From Octopus bimaculoides (taxonomy: Eukaryota): a DNA stretch of 64,000 nt. Below, in pieces: positions 36,753 to 49,399 of this stretch (positions within the stretch are counted from its first letter, which is position 1; every line of letters begins with the position of its first letter). Location: NCBI RefSeq assembly GCF_001194135.2, contig NC_068994.1, positions 28,770,028 to 28,834,027 of the forward strand, in the 5' to 3' direction. The translations under genes were made by a program, and so were the position numbers. The notes under the pieces were generated by a model. It saw only the letters and a program-made list of their open reading frames with translations. It was not told the origin of the DNA and did no database searches.

Positions 36753-37241
36753 AACATATATATATGCACACACACATATATATGTATGCATATATATATA
36801 TATATATATATATATTGCATGATAGTATTGCCCTTACTTGTTGCATGAAAGAAGTACTGTAAGGGGGTAAGCATTAGGAAGGGCATCCAGCCCTAGAAGT
36901 GATCCAAAGTAGACACTAGAACACAATACAGTCCTTGGACCCATCAGATCTTTTCAAACCATCCAGCCTATTCTAGTGTGGAACATGGATGATGTTGATA
37001 TATATTATTAATCAGTTGTAGGATTTGTTAGAATCAAGATATTCTAACATACAGGATGGTGGGCATGGGTCAAGTATCACGCGTGTGTAGATGTATTATA
37101 AACATGCACCCATTTATATATACATATATATACAAATACACATGCACACACACAGAGGTTCCCAAGTTATAGATCCAACAAAGAAATGGTTCCAGTTATG
37201 TCATTTGTATAATAGAAGAACACAAGTGGAGTTTAAAGATT

Positions 37242-37586
37242 CACAACAGCTGTTTCAGCAGCATTTTTTTTATTGAACACTAGTTCAGTCATCATGATCA
37301 CATCATGAAAAAACTTTACTCCTATTGGGTGATTTTAAACATAGGTAAGAAAAAAATTCAAATCAACTCACCTTGCCAAGCATTAGCAGAGTAGGTGGGT
37401 ATATTTGAAATTTTAACAGTTCTTCAAATATACTCACTGGTTCTGCTGATACTCCAGGTGAGTCGATTTGAATTTTTTTTCTCTTACATATGTTTAAAAT
37501 CACCTGATGGAAGAGGATATTTTTCATGATGTAATCGTGATGATTTAACTATTCATCAATAAGAAAATGCTGCTGAAACTGTTGTG
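37242..37586. repeat. Imperfect fold-back element (about 170-bp arms)
   Basis: cacaacag...ttcagcagcatttt, catcatgaaaaa and aaattcaaatcaactcacct are mirrored in 37423-37586. Confidence 0.85.
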
Positions 37587-37637
37587 TATATGTGTGTATA
37601 TAAGTATGTATATATATATTTATATATGTATGTATAC

Positions 37638-37788
37638 TTTTTATTAAAGCCAATAAAATTTTCACAAACTGTTAATCAGAGTTCCACATTACCATTTGTT
37701 AGACAGTTTTAATTACAACTATCTGACAAATGGCAATTTGGAATTCTGAGTAACAATTTGTGAAAAAAATTTCAGCTTGAATAAAAAA
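37638..37788. repeat. Imperfect fold-back element (about 70-bp arms)
   Basis: ttttcacaaactgttaatcagagttccacattaccatttgttagacagtt pairs with aactatctgacaaatggcaatttggaattctgagtaacaatttgtgaaaa. Confidence 0.85.
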
Positions 37789-37876
37789 CATATTACTCTA
37801 CCTTTGGTATTCAGGTACTGTTTTTTCCACCATGTTTTGCATTTATGTGCTTACTTGTGCATATGTATATATATAA

Positions 37877-37972
<96 letters not shown>

Positions 37973-39304
37973 GTGTGTATGTATGTATATATGTATGCAT
38001 ATATGTATTTATATATATATGTGTTAATCTATGGGTTTAGTTTTGTCTACTGAAACTGATGCATCATTTTGGGTATGCATTTGCACAGTGAGTGAATGAT
38101 GAGAGTAATGAAGGACTTATTTAAATAATCACCTGAAGAAGCGCATTTTACACCTTGTATATATGATAATGATTACTTGGCATCTTACCAACGTATAACT
38201 GGTGCAAAAATGTGTTGAAACAATTGTTGTGATTTTAAATATAAAAAATGTCATTAATTTCTTTTTTTTGTCATTTATCTAAACATGTATGTGTAAACAC
38301 ACACACACATACACTCATATACATATATAGATATGTACTTATGTATATTGGCATTAGGAAGGGCATCCAGCCATAGGAGCGTTGCCCAATCTGATAGTAG
38401 AGCATGATGCAGTCCTTAGACCCATTGGATTGTGTCAAACAGTCTAACTCATTTCAGCATGGAACATGGATGTTAAATAATAAAATATATATGCATGTAT
38501 ATATTTATGTATGTATATGTATAACCTGCTAGAAACAGTAGCTCAATCATCTGTCTAATTTAAATAACAAAAAAGGATTTAGATAGTGTTGTCCTTGATA
38601 TCCCTAAAAGTACAGCATCATCATAGCTGAAGTGTCTTTGATCATATGGTATCTGTGCAATCACGGCTGACATAGGGCTAAACAACAGCTACACACTGTT
38701 ATCACATACACACAGTCACGTATACTCAACCACTGGGCAATTGATTGATATCCATGGCTCTCCCCCGCCTCTCTCAATCTATCTCTTTCTCAATATTTTT
38801 TACTTATTTCAGTCATTTGGCTGTAGCCATGCTGGGGCACCACCTTGAAGGGTTTTAATTGAACAAATCAACCCCAGGCCTTTTTTCCTTTTAAGCCTGC
38901 TACTTATTCTGTCAGTCACTTTTGCCAAACTGCTAAGTTACAGGAACATAAAAACACCAGCACCATTAGTCAAGCAATGGTGGGGGACAAATACAGACAC
39001 AAAGACATACATGCATAAATATACATACACATGCACGCGTGTGCACACACACACACATACACATATAAATGTGTGACAGGTTTCTCTCAGTTTCGTCTAC
39101 CAAATCCACTCACAAGGCCTTGGTTGGCCCTGAGGCTATAATAGAAGACTGAACCTGGAACCATGTGATTGAGAAGCAAGCTTCTTAACATACAGCCATA
39201 CTTGTGCTTATATATGTATGCCTATGTACACCCAGGCCTGCATCTATATATATATATTTCTATATATATATATACACGCACAGACATGACAAAAATAAAT
39301 ATGT

Positions 39305-40388
39305 ACACAGACATGACAGAAATAAATCTATTTAAATCTGAAATTATACATTCAAATTATTTATTATTAATTGTTATAATGTGAATATTTAATATTTAGT
39401 AGGCATGCCCTTTGAATCTTTCAATGCAAGGTCCCTATTAGGCATGTTATTGATCAGATGACGAATATTCTCTTGCAGAATTTCTTGCCAAGTTTCATGC
39501 AGTAATCTTAAAAGATCTGGCTTTGAAGATGCTTTCTAATTCTTTTTATGATATGTCCTGTCCATTATGTCCCAGAGGTGTTCAATAGGGTTCATATCTA
39601 GTGACTGGCTTGGTCATGGAAGCTTTTTAATGCCATTCTCATCCAACAAATCTTGGGTCAGTTTAGCTGTGTGACAAGGAGCCCCATCTTCCATAAATAA
39701 AGAGTCTTCTTTAATCATTGCACCACTGGAGAAGATTGGAAGGAGCCCTTTCTGCAATATGGACACATATTTATCTGAGTTTATGTTTCCCTCACACTCC
39801 ACCAGCTCTGGTCAACCATTGCTCCAAATTACTCTCCAGACCATCACAAAATAGCTGGCATGTTTCATTGTTGGGTGCACTCTTTTCTCTGCTTGATGTT
39901 GGCTGGTCAAAGAAGTGACTTCCTTCTTGCTGCTGTGCCATAGTAACCAAGTTTGTGGAGACACCTGACAGCTTTTCTGGGATTGATATCAACTTGTTCT
40001 GCCATGCCAGAGGCCTTGCAATGAGAATTATCCTCCACACTTCTCTTAAGAGAAGGGTCCTGTCAGAGGGCCCTGGCTGATCTGGGCAAGATGATGTGGA
40101 CTCCTTTATCTCTCTGTTGAATTTCACAATCACTCTATCAACTGTAGACTGTGGGGTCCCAAGGTTTTCTCTGATTTTATGCTATGTCCACCTTCAGAAT
40201 GACCCACAATACAGCCTCTTTGAAATTCAGACAGTTCCAAGGCTTCTTTTCTACATGGCATAATTAAACAGTCATATATAAGAACCTGAAACATAAAAAT
40301 GTCAACTAATAAAAAATATAAACCTTTGCAAATTAGAGTAAACATGAAACGATGTTTTATGGGGTGTCTATTTATTTCTATCATGTCT
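39305..40388 (-). mobile_element. Tc1/mariner transposon, same family as 1296-2557, internally deleted
   Basis: TIR-like acagacatgacagaaataaat at the left end and gtgtctatttatttctatcatgtctgt at the right end; MPCRKEALELSEFQRGCIVG, FMEDGAPCHTAK, DMNPIEHLW. Confidence 0.88.
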
Positions 40389-40991
40389 GTGTATGTAACT
40401 CATCGACTCCTGTTCATGGCATTATTGCCTTTATCCAGCTGACCATTTTTGCACCTGTTTCTCTCCATCTGTTGCTTTCCTCCCATTCTCTTGCCACCTT
40501 GCCTACATTCTCTGATTATTTTCTGTTTACCTTCTTGGACATGTTATTTTGAGGGTATGTCACCACCCATTCACCTATGTAAAATGCAAGGAAGCCATAC
40601 ATTTATTTCTTCCACAACAATAAGCCTATTCTTGTTTTTTCCCTCTCACCTGCTCTCATAAAGCAACCACTCTATGTCCCATCCACCTTTTCACTTCAAG
40701 GAACTTATAGTCTCCTCAGTTACAAGATGATCTTCCTTGTGCTGATGCCATGAAAAAGCTCCCCACACTCTATGTAAAGAGGTTGATGTTGAAGAAGGCA
40801 TCCAGCCATAGAAAATATGCCAGAACTGGGACACTGGAGTAAGATGTGGTCTTGCAGTCCATCGGATCTTGTCAAAACATCCAACTCAGACAGGAAATGA
40901 TGATCTATTGATCTATCTAACTATATATACATATATGTATGCATGTAAATGCATATACATATGTGTGTGTATGTGTTTATATATGTATATG

Positions 40992-41026
<35 letters not shown>

Positions 41027-41199
41027 ATTTTATATTTATATGCATGTATATGTCATGCATATAGATATATGCAGACTTTTTTGTGTGTATATATATATGT
41101 TTGTATATGTGTGTGTATACATATATGTATGTATGTGTGTGTGCATTATATATGTATATATGCATACATATATTTACTTATTTATATTATATATGTGCG

Positions 41200-41234
<35 letters not shown>

Positions 41235-41734
41235 TTTTACTTTCTTGTTTCAGTCATTAGACTGTGGACTTAAATGTTCTTTCTTTCTATATTGGCATGT
41301 ACATATGTATACATGTGTGTGTGAAAGCACTTGGCCTAGTGGTTAGGGTATTTGACCCATGATCGTCAAGTCATGAGTTGGAATCCTGGCTGCATTTTTT
41401 GTTCTTGTGCAACACATTTTGTTTCATGTTGCTCCAGTCCATTCAGCTGGCAAAATGCTTAGTACCTGTATTTTAAAGAGTCAGTCTTGTCACATTGTGT
41501 GCCAAGCTGAACCTCCCTCAGAACTCTGAGTATACAATGTTGAAGTGTGTTAAAATTTTTTTTAATATTTAGTAATGTTCATAAAGTTCACCTAGTACTT
41601 TTATACATTCTTAGTAATCATCAGATTGTAAAAAAATTTTTTTTTAAATAATAAAAACATGGAAACCAGACCATGTTGTAACTTTATTCAACTGATATAT
41701 TATTCTATACAAATTCAGAAAAAAATACATATGC

Positions 41735-41770
<36 letters not shown>

Positions 41771-42382
41771 TAAAAATATAAAAATAAAAACAGAACACAA
41801 AGGATTCCGCGGTACATGTGTTTCAANNNNNNNNNNNNNNNNNNNNNNNNNNNNNNNNNNNNNNNNNNNNNNNNNNNNNNNNNNNNNNNNNNNNNNNNNN
41901 NNNNNNNNNNNNNNNNNNNNNNNNNNNNNNNNNNNNNNNNNNNNNNNNNNNNNNNNNNNNNNNNNNNNNNNNNNNNNNNNNNNNNNNNNNNNNNNNNNNN
42001 NNNNNNNNNNNNNNNNNNNNNNNNNNNNNNNNNNNNNNNNNNNNNNNNNNNNNNNNNNNNNNNNNNNNNNNNNNNNNNNNNNNNNNNNNNNNNNNNNNNN
42101 NNNNNNNNNNNNNNNNNNNNNNNNNNNNNNNNNNNNNNNNNNNNNNNNNNNNNNNNNNNNNNNNNNNNNNNNNNNNNNNNNNNNNNNNNNNNNNNNNNNN
42201 NNNNNNNNNNNNNNNNNNNNNNNNNNNNNNNNNNNNNNNNNNNNNNTAAGTAAATGAGTGGAAATCAGACCAGTGAGTGCATTAAATTAATAAGGTACTA
42301 AAAGAGAATGACCCTCCTCAGACACAATAAAATATGCTTCAACACATGAATTCATATAAAGAATCTTGCAAACCATATATGT

Positions 42383-42430
<48 letters not shown>

Positions 42431-43864
42431 AAAACATAAATAGTGAGCGGTGTTCCACAGGGCACTGTTTTGGGTCCACTGCTTTTCATAGCGGCCCTCT
42501 CAGACATGCCCTCCACTGCCCAGATAGCTACACAGACGATATGAAATTGGTCACCAGTTTATTTATGCTAAGATGATTGTTTTTGTTAATGTTTTAGCAT
42601 TCAGATTATTAATGATGTTAAGTATGTTGAGGCATTCATATACAAAGAATAGATGAGTGACCCCCAAGATTAACATATATATATTCTTGTGTGATTTTAA
42701 GAGTGCTCTCAAACTATTAAAAATAACACTGACTAGTCGAAGCTGAAAAGCCCTTCTGGGCTTAATATATTTTTGGCTCAGAAGCCATGCAGTTTTCCTA
42801 ACCTAGGAATTATGAACAGTTTGAGGTATTTCCTCATAGGAAGTACTTTATCTTAATGTAGGCTGTTTTTGGCAAGTTAGAATGTTAAAATGGGAAGTGT
42901 TTCAACAGCATAAATCAAACATAAGAATGAATATTTCTTTACATGAGTAATAAGGGAGCACCTACATGGTTGTCCTAACTGCTAGAAATAGTAACCAAAT
43001 CACATTGTACTGTCATAAAAGAGGGAGGATACATTTTATAGTATAATCCTACATATTCCTGAAAGAAGACGTAGAGGAACAACTTTACTCACTGTTGATG
43101 GGGACAATTACAAAAAACATCTTGTTTATACAGCAGGTAGATCTGTTTATAAATGTCAGTAGCATTTGGCCTGTAGGCTGCATATTATAATCTATATACT
43201 CACAAGTCAAAGATGGAAAGTTGATTGTGCACCTACAACCCGGTGGATCATAGGAGCATCATTGAAGATTTTCATCTTTGTGTAGTGCAGTGGTGCTCAA
43301 CTGGGGTTCATTTGACCCATGGTGGTCCATATAAGATTTTGTTAAAATTCATGTCCAATAAATTCCTTATACTTCTGCAATACACAAAATATTTTAATTT
43401 TTTTTATACAAATCCTAATAATATTTAATTATAAAAATACAGTAGGACTTTTTTTTATACATTGAATAATAATGAAGGTCCAGTAGAGTAAAATAGGGGA
43501 TCAACAGGGCTCATAGGCAAAAATGCTTGAAAACTAATTGGTGCAGTGTATGTATAGGCCATATCCCTCATTTCTTTTTCTCATTTCACTCTCCTTGACT
43601 CCCCCACATTGGTCATTCATTCCTTCTCAATGAATCAACAGGGAGCTTCTACATGGCCACTTGACCTATTAATAATAGCACTTGACCTCCATCTGAAACA
43701 GAAGAAAGATACATTATATAATGTAATCCTACATACTCTTAAAATGCCAAAAGCCTTTGATCATAGGTTTGTTTGATCAAGGGGAATACTTCTAACAGCA
43801 GATATTTCCCTTTATAATTTTTGGCATCATATGTTGTCATTCATAATATATATATACTCTCTCT

Positions 43865-44224
43865 CTTTTTACTCTTACTTGTTTCAGTCATTTGACTGTG
43901 GCCATGCTGGGGCACCGCCTTTAGTCGAGCAAATCGACCCCAGGACTTATTCTTTGGAAGCCTAGTACTTATTCTATCAGTCTCATTGGTTGTCAAGCGA
44001 TGTTGGGGGGACAAACACAGACACACAAACATATACACACACACATATATATATATACATATATACGACGGGCTTCTTTCAGTTTCCGTCTACCAAATCC
44101 ACTCAAGGCTTTGGTTGGCCCGAGGGTATAGTAGAAGACACTTGCCCAAGGTGCCATGCAGTGGGACTGAACCCAGAACATTGTGGTTGGTAAGCAAGCT
44201 ACTTACCACACAGCCACTCCTGCA
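43865..44224 (-). mobile_element. tRNA-derived SINE family B, best-preserved copy
   Basis: Minus strand gcaggagtggctgtgtggtaagtagc (A box) and gggttcagtccc (B box), then ccttgggcaagtgtctt (CORE-like), an internal microsatellite and the 3' tail. Confidence 0.85.
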
Positions 44225-44226
44225 CC

Positions 44227-44280
<54 letters not shown>

Positions 44281-44520
44281 NNNNNNNNNNNNNNNNNNNN
44301 NNNNNNNNNNNNNNNNNNNNNNNNNNNNNNNNNNNNNNNNNNNNNNNNNNNNNNNNNNNNNNNNNNNNNNNNNNNNNNNNNNNNNNNNNNNNNNNNNNNN
44401 NNNNNNNNNNNNNNNNNNNNNNNNNNNNNNNNNNNNNNNNNNNNNNNNNNNNNNNNNNNNNNNNNNNNNNNNNNNNNNNNNNNNNNNNNNNNNNNNNNNN
44501 NNNNNNNNNNNNNNNNNNNN

Positions 44521-44568
<48 letters not shown>

Positions 44569-45319
44569 AAAGTACAAGTTAACTAGAAAACTTCACGATA
44601 AGTCTAATGTTTCACTAAGGCAAAAAGCAAACATCCCTTCTTTGGCAGTAAATTCCTTACAGTCATCAGAAATGAAACAAGATATTTTATGATCTAATAA
44701 GACTATGAACAGAGGTGGAGTAATGTTGTACGTAAGTTGCATAATTTGCTTAATTAGTGGCCAGTTTATGTATTTGCTTGAGATTAAGTTGGTGACTGAA
44801 GGAATTTTGGGGGATAACTAGGTTACAATTTATTGGGAGAATCTTTAGAACTGTGGGCAAAATGTTTGCAGTGTTTAGTTATGGCCTACTCACATTCTAA
44901 GTTCAAATCCTGTTATGGTCAACTTTATTTTCCATCCTTCTGGAACATGAAAAAATAATAAACTATTAGTCAGGAATCAATATCAACTACTTCTCTATAT
45001 CTGCCTACAAAATTGTGCCCTTGTGCCAATGAAGTTAATGGTCAGTTTGAAGTCTGGAAGGTCAGTGTATGGGGTGGTTAGAAAGTTTGAAAGGTAGGGT
45101 CTGTTCTAGGGAAGACAGTCTCAGCAAAGTGTTTAGTACATGACCTGTAGTTAAAAATTAAGGCACGCAAAATGATGTATACACACACACATACATGTGT
45201 ATATGCTCATACATGATGGTTCTTGAAAACACATTGCACAGTGATATGTGTGTGTATGTACATATGTATATGTAAATATACATATACATATGTATATATA
45301 TATAGACATATGTATTTAC

Positions 45320-45357
<38 letters not shown>

Positions 45358-45457
45358 NNNNNNNNNNNNNNNNNNNNNNNNNNNNNNNNNNNNNNNNNNN
45401 NNNNNNNNNNNNNNNNNNNNNNNNNNNNNNNNNNNNNNNNNNNNNNNNNNNNNNNNN

Positions 45458-46040
45458 TTAGGCCTCACCGAGGCAATGACTTGTGACCGAGACATTTGGA
45501 AATATGCAGTGTGTGAGAAGACCTGGCAAGCCAAGTGAGTCCATAATCCGAGGCCTCTGCCAGGGGTGTAGTCAGCCCACTTATGTGTACCTTTCCTTCA
45601 TTGGACACTAAACTTTGTTTGCAAAGACCTGTTGAGGCAAATGAAATCGATCCAAATTTGACGACTGGCACCCATGCCAACCTTTCTTTCATTGGACACT
45701 AAACTTGGCTTGCGAAGACTTGTTGGGGCAAGTGAAATCGAAATCGTGATTGAACCAAATTCAATGACTGGCACCTATGCCAGTGGAGCGCTAAGAGCAC
45801 CATCCAAGCGTGATCATTGCCAGAGCAGCTGTCTGGTTTCCGTGCCAGTGGCACGTAAATAGCACCATTTGAGCATGATCGTTACCAGCGTCGCCTTACT
45901 GGCACTTGCGAAAATACGTGAAAAAACATTTGAGCAAGGTCGTTGCCAGTGCCGCTGGACTGGTTCCTGTGCAGGTGGCACATAAAAAACACCATTTTGA
46001 GCATGGCCGTTGCCAGTACCACCCGACTGGCCCTTGTGCC
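45458..46040 (+). mobile_element. RTE LINE 3' end (last codons and 3' UTR) between two gaps
   Basis: LGLTEAMTCDRDIWKYAVCEKT continues the LGLTEA end of the 2606-4615 ORF; the UTR has repeated gtgccagtggcacgtaaa motifs as at 2780-2878. Confidence 0.85.
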
Positions 46041-47577
46041 GGTGGCACGTAAAAGCACCCNNNNNNNNNNNNNNNNNNNNNNNNNNNNNNNNNNNNNNNN
46101 NNNNNNNNNNNNNNNNNNNNNNNNNNNNNNNNNNNNNNNNNNNNNNNNNNNNNNNNNNNNNNNNNNNNNNNNNNNNNNNNNNNNNNNNNNNNNNNNNNNN
46201 NNNNNNNNNNNNNNNNNNNNNNNNNNNNNNNNNNNNNNNNNNNNNNNNNNNNNNNNNNNNNNNNNNNNNNNNNNNNNNNNNNNNNNNNNNNNNNNNNNNN
46301 NNNNNNNNNNNNNNNNNNNNNNNNNNNNNNNNNNNNNNNNNNNNNNNNNNNNNNNNNNNNNNNNNNNNNNNNNNNNNNNNNNNNNNNNNNNNNNNNNNNN
46401 NNNNNNNNNNNNNNNNNNNNNNNNNNNNNNNNNNNNNNNNNNNNNNNNNNNNNNNNNNNNNNNNNNNNNNNNNNNNNNNNNNNNNNNNNNNNNNNNNNNN
46501 NNNNNNNNNNNNNNNNNNNNNNNNNNNNNNNNNNNNNNNNNNNNNNNNNNNNNNNNNNNNNNNNNNNNNNNNNNNNNNNNNNNNNNNNNNNNNNNNNNNN
46601 NNNNNNNNNNNNNNNNNNNNNNNNNNNNNNNNNNNNNNNNNNNNNNNNNNNNNNNNNNNNNNNNNNNNNNNNNNNNNNNNNNNNNNNNNNNNNNNNNNNN
46701 NNNNNNNNNNNNNNNNNNNNNNNNNNNNNNNNNNNNNNNNNNNNNNNNNNNNNNNNNNNNNNNNNNNNNNNNNNNNNNNNNNNNNNNNNNNNNNNNNNNN
46801 NNNNNNNNNNNNNNNNNNNNNNNNNNNNNNNNNNNNNNNNNNNNNNNNNNNNNNNNNNNNNNNNNNNNNNNNNNNNNNNNNNNNNNNNNNNNNNNNNNNN
46901 NNNNNNNNNNNNNNNNNNNNNNNNNNNNNNNATATATATGCCAACCTCAACAGGGATCTTCTCTGCCCATCTCTGTGCCAGCTTCTAGAGCCAGAGGTGG
47001 TTTTCACAGCTGAATGCTTTGCTTTAATATAGACCACTCAACCATGAAGTGGGATTGCTAAATATTTTCTTTCTTTTTTCTACTTCATTGATGAGGCAGG
47101 TGGAATAATCGCCTCCCCAAAAGACAGATTAATACCTTTGTCAAGTTTTGAGTTCAACTCCTGCAGACCAGCACCTTAGTCATTTCAGCCATTGTGCAGC
47201 ATATACCCAATTCAGGTTGTTATATTATTTATATGTGTAAACATTGTATTAAATATTTCAGCATGGATAATTGTATATACTGTCTATAACATTTAAACAT
47301 GATTTGAGCATTATATTTCAAATACAGCTTGCACTGTTAAGTCATACCCTCCATCAGCTGTTGATTAGAGATAACAATTTCAGCACCTATAAGCTACATC
47401 ACTGCTTCAAGCATTAATGAGCAGTATTTGATGCTACCAGAGAATGTCTGAGTTATTTTGGTCCTCACCTCAGCATGGTCTGTTCCCTTCCTCTTATCCA
47501 TGTATCTACTAAAATCACTTTTAATCACTCCAATATGACCGCAGCCACTTGGCTGAAACACATAAATAAAAAAATAA

Positions 47578-47629
<52 letters not shown>

Positions 47630-47813
47630 AACAGAATAGGATTACAGGAGCACAAAGAAAATGTGAGCTGTGCAAGTCCAGAGCCAATTCTTTGCCTTCA
47701 TTCCCAGTAGACCACCAGTGCCCAACCTGCAACAGAACCTTCTGAACACTCATTGACTTGATTGGCCACAGCCAGATGCACTGTCACCTTTCTGCTCACT
47801 ACAGACATTGTTT

Positions 47814-47876
<63 letters not shown>

Positions 47877-47996
47877 TTCCTCTGTTTAGACGAACTTTCC
47901 TACCTTTTCGGACAAAACCTTTTGTAACCTTCGTCCTGTCTTTGTCCTTATATGTTTTTAATTGATATTAGCCCTTGTGGCCAATAAAACGAATTA

Positions 47997-48038
<42 letters not shown>

Positions 48039-48853
48039 CTGGATCACCTCCTTTAATGTCCCCTTTGTTGTGGTAAGACATGTGCTTCTGTCTCTTTGTC
48101 TCTTTGTCACACTTTAACCTTTCATACTCTGACACAAGTTCCCCTCCTCAAATGCCCCTGCCCCTGCCCCTCTCATAATTCCTTGTCGTATGAGTTACTT
48201 GGTTACACTGCCAGTGCTGGTGTCATGTTAAAAGCATCCAGTCCACACTATAACGTGATTGGCATTTGGAAGGGCATCCAGCTGTAAATATCATACCAAA
48301 ATTAGCCTCACCTGTGCTAGTGTCACGTAAAAAGCACTGGGTTCACTNNNNNNNNNNNNNNNNNNNNNNNNNNNNNNNNNNNNNNNNNNNNNNNNNNNNN
48401 NNNNNNNNNNNNNNNNNNNNNNNNNNNNNNNNNNNNNNNNNNNNNNNNNNNNNNNNNNNNNNNNNNNNNNNNNNNNNNNNNNNNNNNNNNNNNNNNNNNN
48501 NNNNNNNNNNNNNNNNNNNNNNNNNNNNNNNNNNNNNNNNNNNNNNNNNNNNNNNNNNNNNNNNNNNNNNNNNNNNNNNNNNNNNNNNNNNNNNNNNNNN
48601 NNNNNNNNNNNNNNNNNNNNNNNNNNNNNNNNNNNNNNNNNNNNNNNNNNNNNNNNNNNNNNNNNNNNNNNNNNNNNNNNNNNNNNNNNNNNNNNNNNNN
48701 NNNNNNNNNNNNNNTATATATATATATATATATATATGGACTCCTCATTCGCATAATCACCAAACCTGGAGCTTAACTATAGTTTGTCCATAGCACTTAC
48801 TCAGCATTACCTGACACCTTTGGGTCTTCTTGATACCACTACCTCTCATAACC

Positions 48854-48892
<39 letters not shown>

Positions 48893-49399
48893 GTCTTTTT
48901 ACTTGTTTCAGTCATTAGCCTGCAGCCATGTTGGAGCACCACTTGGAGAATTCTTTAGTCAAATGAACTGGCCCCAGTAGTTATTAGTCTTTTCTGCCAA
49001 ACCACTAGATTATGGGGACATAAACACACCAGCACTAGTTGTCAAGTGGTGGTCAGGGACAAACATAGACACAAAGACACACACACATAGATATATACAT
49101 ACATATTTATGGCAGGCTTTCAGTTTCTGTCTTTCAAATTCACTCACAAGATTTTGGCTGGCCCAAGTCTATAGTAAAAGACACTTGCCCAAGATACCAT
49201 GCAGTAGGACTGAACCCAAAACCATGTGGTTGGGAAGCAAGCTGCTTACCCCACAAACACACAGATACACAAAAATACAAACACACAGACACACAGATGC
49301 AATCACAAGAAATCCAAAAACAGCAGAAATATAGAGACAAAAAGTGACAACATGAAAAACAAGCAAAAAGAAAAATTATAGTGAGATAGGAGACCCCAA

